The translations under genes and the position numbers were made by a program. From assembly GCA_031555505.1 (NCBI GenBank), contig JAVBUH010000007.1, forward strand, positions 25,378 to 89,377: a stretch of DNA of 64,000 nucleotides. The letters run 5' to 3'. The stretch comes from Tannerellaceae bacterium. GTDB lineage: Bacteria > Bacteroidota > Bacteroidia > Bacteroidales > Tannerellaceae. Positions 61,837 through 64,000 of the stretch are shown in pieces (the stretch's first letter is position 1; each line of letters begins with the position of its first letter). The notes under the pieces are model-generated. The model was not told the DNA's origin, did not search any database, and saw only the letters and a program-made list of their open reading frames with translations.

Positions 61837-64000
61837 TTATTCATATTCCACAGCGAGGGATATCCATTTGCCGGCAGAGGTTACCCATACTTCTTTGTAG
61901 CAGGCATTGTTGATTTGTGGCCAGTAAGGGATGTCTTCGTCGTCGAGCGAACGGATGCCAACGGGCATTTCGCCGGTAATCTCGCCGGAAGAGAAGCTAT
62001 CCATTTGCGGGTAGTTATGGCCTTCGCCGTAGATGAGGGACTGGCCGAAGGGGTTGAGGCCTACGGTCCAGTATAGTTGCTCTTTACCGATGCGGAGGAG
62101 TTCGCTGTCATTCAGAAAGCGTCCGCATAAGGCGGCTGCTTTACCGGTGGAGAGGTGGATGGCGGTGTTGCCGTTGAAGATGCTGAACCAGACGGGGAAG
62201 CGCTTCATATAATGCTCTTTGTCCAAGGCGACTCCTTTCTTGACCTGTGTGCTGTAGCGTTCTATGGCATTGGCAGGAGGGAAGAGGTGCAGGTGCTCGA
62301 AGCCGAAGGTGTCTTTCCACTCGTCCACATGATAGACGCCGCTCGGCATCATGCCGTAGGGGGCGGTATAGGGCATCATGCCTTTCATATAACCGGCATA
62401 GAGGCGGATAGACTGCATCCAGCGGGTATGGTCCGGATGATCGGGCTGTGTTTCGCACAGGAGGATTAAGGCTTGCATATAGGTCTGCTCGCGCGACTGG
62501 TGGTTGTAGTGCACAATGCCCTGGCGGGTTTTGTCGCGGTAGAAGAATCCTTTGGTCTGCTGCTTGTCTTTCAGCGGCTCGGTGCGCTGGCAGTCGAGGG
62601 TATAACGGATATATTCGGCTGCTATTTCGGCATAATACGGATCCTCTGTGAGCTTGAAGAGCATGCTGGCCGACCAGGAGATGGTGGCCATGTACTGGCT
62701 TTCGGATGTATTGTAGCTGTGCTCGTAGAAGTGGAAGAAGTCGCCGTAGCCCACTTCGTCATTCCGCTTGAGGGCAAAGGCAAAGTCTTCCCTGGCTACG
62801 CGGCGGAGGTGTTCCTGCAGCATTGGATCACGGTCGATGGTCAGGGCGGCGTAGGCTTCGTAGGCGGCATAGAGGAAGTTGTCGAAGGCACAATTCTGTA
62901 CGCGTACGGTTTTGATATCGTCCGGTGTGCCGAATACGCCGTCTTGCCAGATCAGCAGCCCTACGCTGCTGGCGTGGTATCCGTCGCCAAAGCGGGTGCG
63001 GAGGATGAACTCCAGTCCCCATTCAGCCTCTTCCAGCATACGTGCGGCCAGGATCGGATGGCTGTCTTTCAGCCGGTTGTAGCCTTCGAGTAAGGCGTAG
63101 GTCACGTCGCCCGTTTGCAAGGTTTGTTGTGACAGGTCGCCGGCATCGTGCCAACCGCCGCCGAAAGAAACGGTTTGCCCATTGTGTACGGCGCAGAGGT
63201 CAGTATGGCAGGTGCCGTGGATACCCGGTACGGGATAGCCGCATCGCTGGCAGAAAATATAGTTCAGGGTACGCCAGAGGGAATTGCTCCAGATGTCGGC
63301 CTCGATGCGGAATTCCGGTGTGGTGATATCGCCTACCCGCAGTTGGTAGGAACCGGGCTGGCGGAAGTCAGAAAAATCAAGCACGCTAAACGTGCCGATG
63401 GATGTTTTTTCCTGACGGATGGAACCACTGAAGACAGACTGATTCGTTCCCGGGTCAATCAGTTGGAACCGGTTGTTGTGCTTGCTCGCATCCATGTTGA
63501 CGATGGCGGTCTTAGCATCATCGAGTTGATAACCCGTGGTAGAATAGACCACGCGGTTCCGGCCCGGTTGCCATCCGTGGGTGATCTCGGGATCATCGAT
63601 CTGCAGGAGGCGAAGGTTGTCGAAATAGTATACACAGGAATCGCCCGTAGTGCGGTCTTTCCCTTTCAGGCTTACGTTGAAGGCGATCTGTTCTACCTGG
63701 TCGCGCTGCATATCGCCAAGGTCGAGGAAGCAGCGGTTCCATTCGCGATTACGAAGGTTGAGCAGGTGTGAGGCCGAGGACAGTCCCGGACGGGTGGATG
63801 ATTGCGCGTTTTGGAAGTTAAGGTTCATGTTTACCACGCGGGCGCCTTCACAATCAGGATAGATCCAGACCTCGATGCGGTTGAAGGTTTCCCAGTTGGC
63901 GCCTTTCAGGTCGAGCTTCACGCTGCTGTTGCCGTAGGTGGCATAATCGGGATCGGAAGGCGAACCCTGTGCCCGTTTGCCGGTGGAGGTAGGATAGGAG
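61837..64000 (-). CDS. Glycoside hydrolase family 9 protein (5' end beyond the window)
   Basis: The reading frame stays open to position 64000, so the track start at 63921 (GTG) is probably internal. The GH9 signature GGGWHDAGD is present, preceded by an Ig-like N-terminal module. Confidence 0.75.
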   Translation of the reverse strand, partial: SYPTSTGKRAQGSPSDPDYATYGNSSVKLDLKGANWETFNRIEVWIYPDCEGARVVNMNLNFQNAQSSTRPGLSSASHLLNLRNREWNRCFLDLGDMQRDQVEQIAFNVSLKGKDRTTGDSCVYYFDNLRLLQIDDPEITHGWQPGRNRVVYSTTGYQLDDAKTAIVNMDASKHNNRFQLIDPGTNQSVFSGSIRQEKTSIGTFSVLDFSDFRQPGSYQLRVGDITTPEFRIEADIWSNSLWRTLNYIFCQRCGYPVPGIHGTCHTDLCAVHNGQTVSFGGGWHDAGDLSQQTLQTGDVTYALLEGYNRLKDSHPILAARMLEEAEWGLEFILRTRFGDGYHASSVGLLIWQDGVFGTPDDIKTVRVQNCAFDNFLYAAYEAYAALTIDRDPMLQEHLRRVAREDFAFALKRNDEVGYGDFFHFYEHSYNTSESQYMATISWSASMLFKLTEDPYYAEIAAEYIRYTLDCQRTEPLKDKQQTKGFFYRDKTRQGIVHYNHQSREQTYMQALILLCETQPDHPDHTRWMQSIRLYAGYMKGMMPYTAPYGMMPSGVYHVDEWKDTFGFEHLHLFPPANAIERYSTQVKKGVALDKEHYMKRFPVWFSIFNGNTAIHLSTGKAAALCGRFLNDSELLRIGKEQLYWTVGLNPFGQSLIYGEGHNYPQMDSFSSGEITGEMPVGIRSLDDEDIPYWPQINNACYKEVWVTSAGKWISLAVEYE

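Overview
The window looks like a Bacteroidales chromosome segment, possibly Tannerellaceae/Porphyromonadaceae-like. Support: 17 matches to the Bacteroides -7 promoter box TAnnTTTG upstream of genes, typical Bacteroidota DUF families, and a murT-murK-murQ-like MurNAc salvage locus. I call about 57 protein genes, one tRNA-Gln(CTG), and three decayed genes or fragments. I see no rRNA, CRISPR, recombinase, transposase, phage gene or recognisable defence gene. Most content is housekeeping: GT2, IlvD/Edd dehydratase, two ApbE, maf-kdsC operon, two ABC-F ATPases, dnaG, rsfS-ftsH-cdsA, nusB-yajC-coaE, glnA, glycoside hydrolases. Two things stand out. (1) A ~15.1 kb minus-strand operon (14386-29453) encodes one HlyD-type adaptor, one MacB/LolD-type ATPase and ten FtsX/MacB-type permeases. 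The permeases form five alternating B-A pairs that arose by duplication of the pair unit. A sigma-54-like promoter lies upstream, and no outer-membrane factor or regulator gene is nearby. This is my best candidate for an undescribed system. (2) A family of non-coding repeats is built from phased 22-23 bp bricks. It includes a MITE-like element (13224-13760) with ~110-bp terminal inverted repeats and a 7 x 22 bp minisatellite. It also includes a pair of ~465-bp inverted composite repeats (35343-35805 and 59256-18) bracketing 23.4 kb of core genes, and a partial copy upstream of the FtsX operon. All calls come from reading the sequence and the ORF track. No database search was run, so family names are memory-level assignments.
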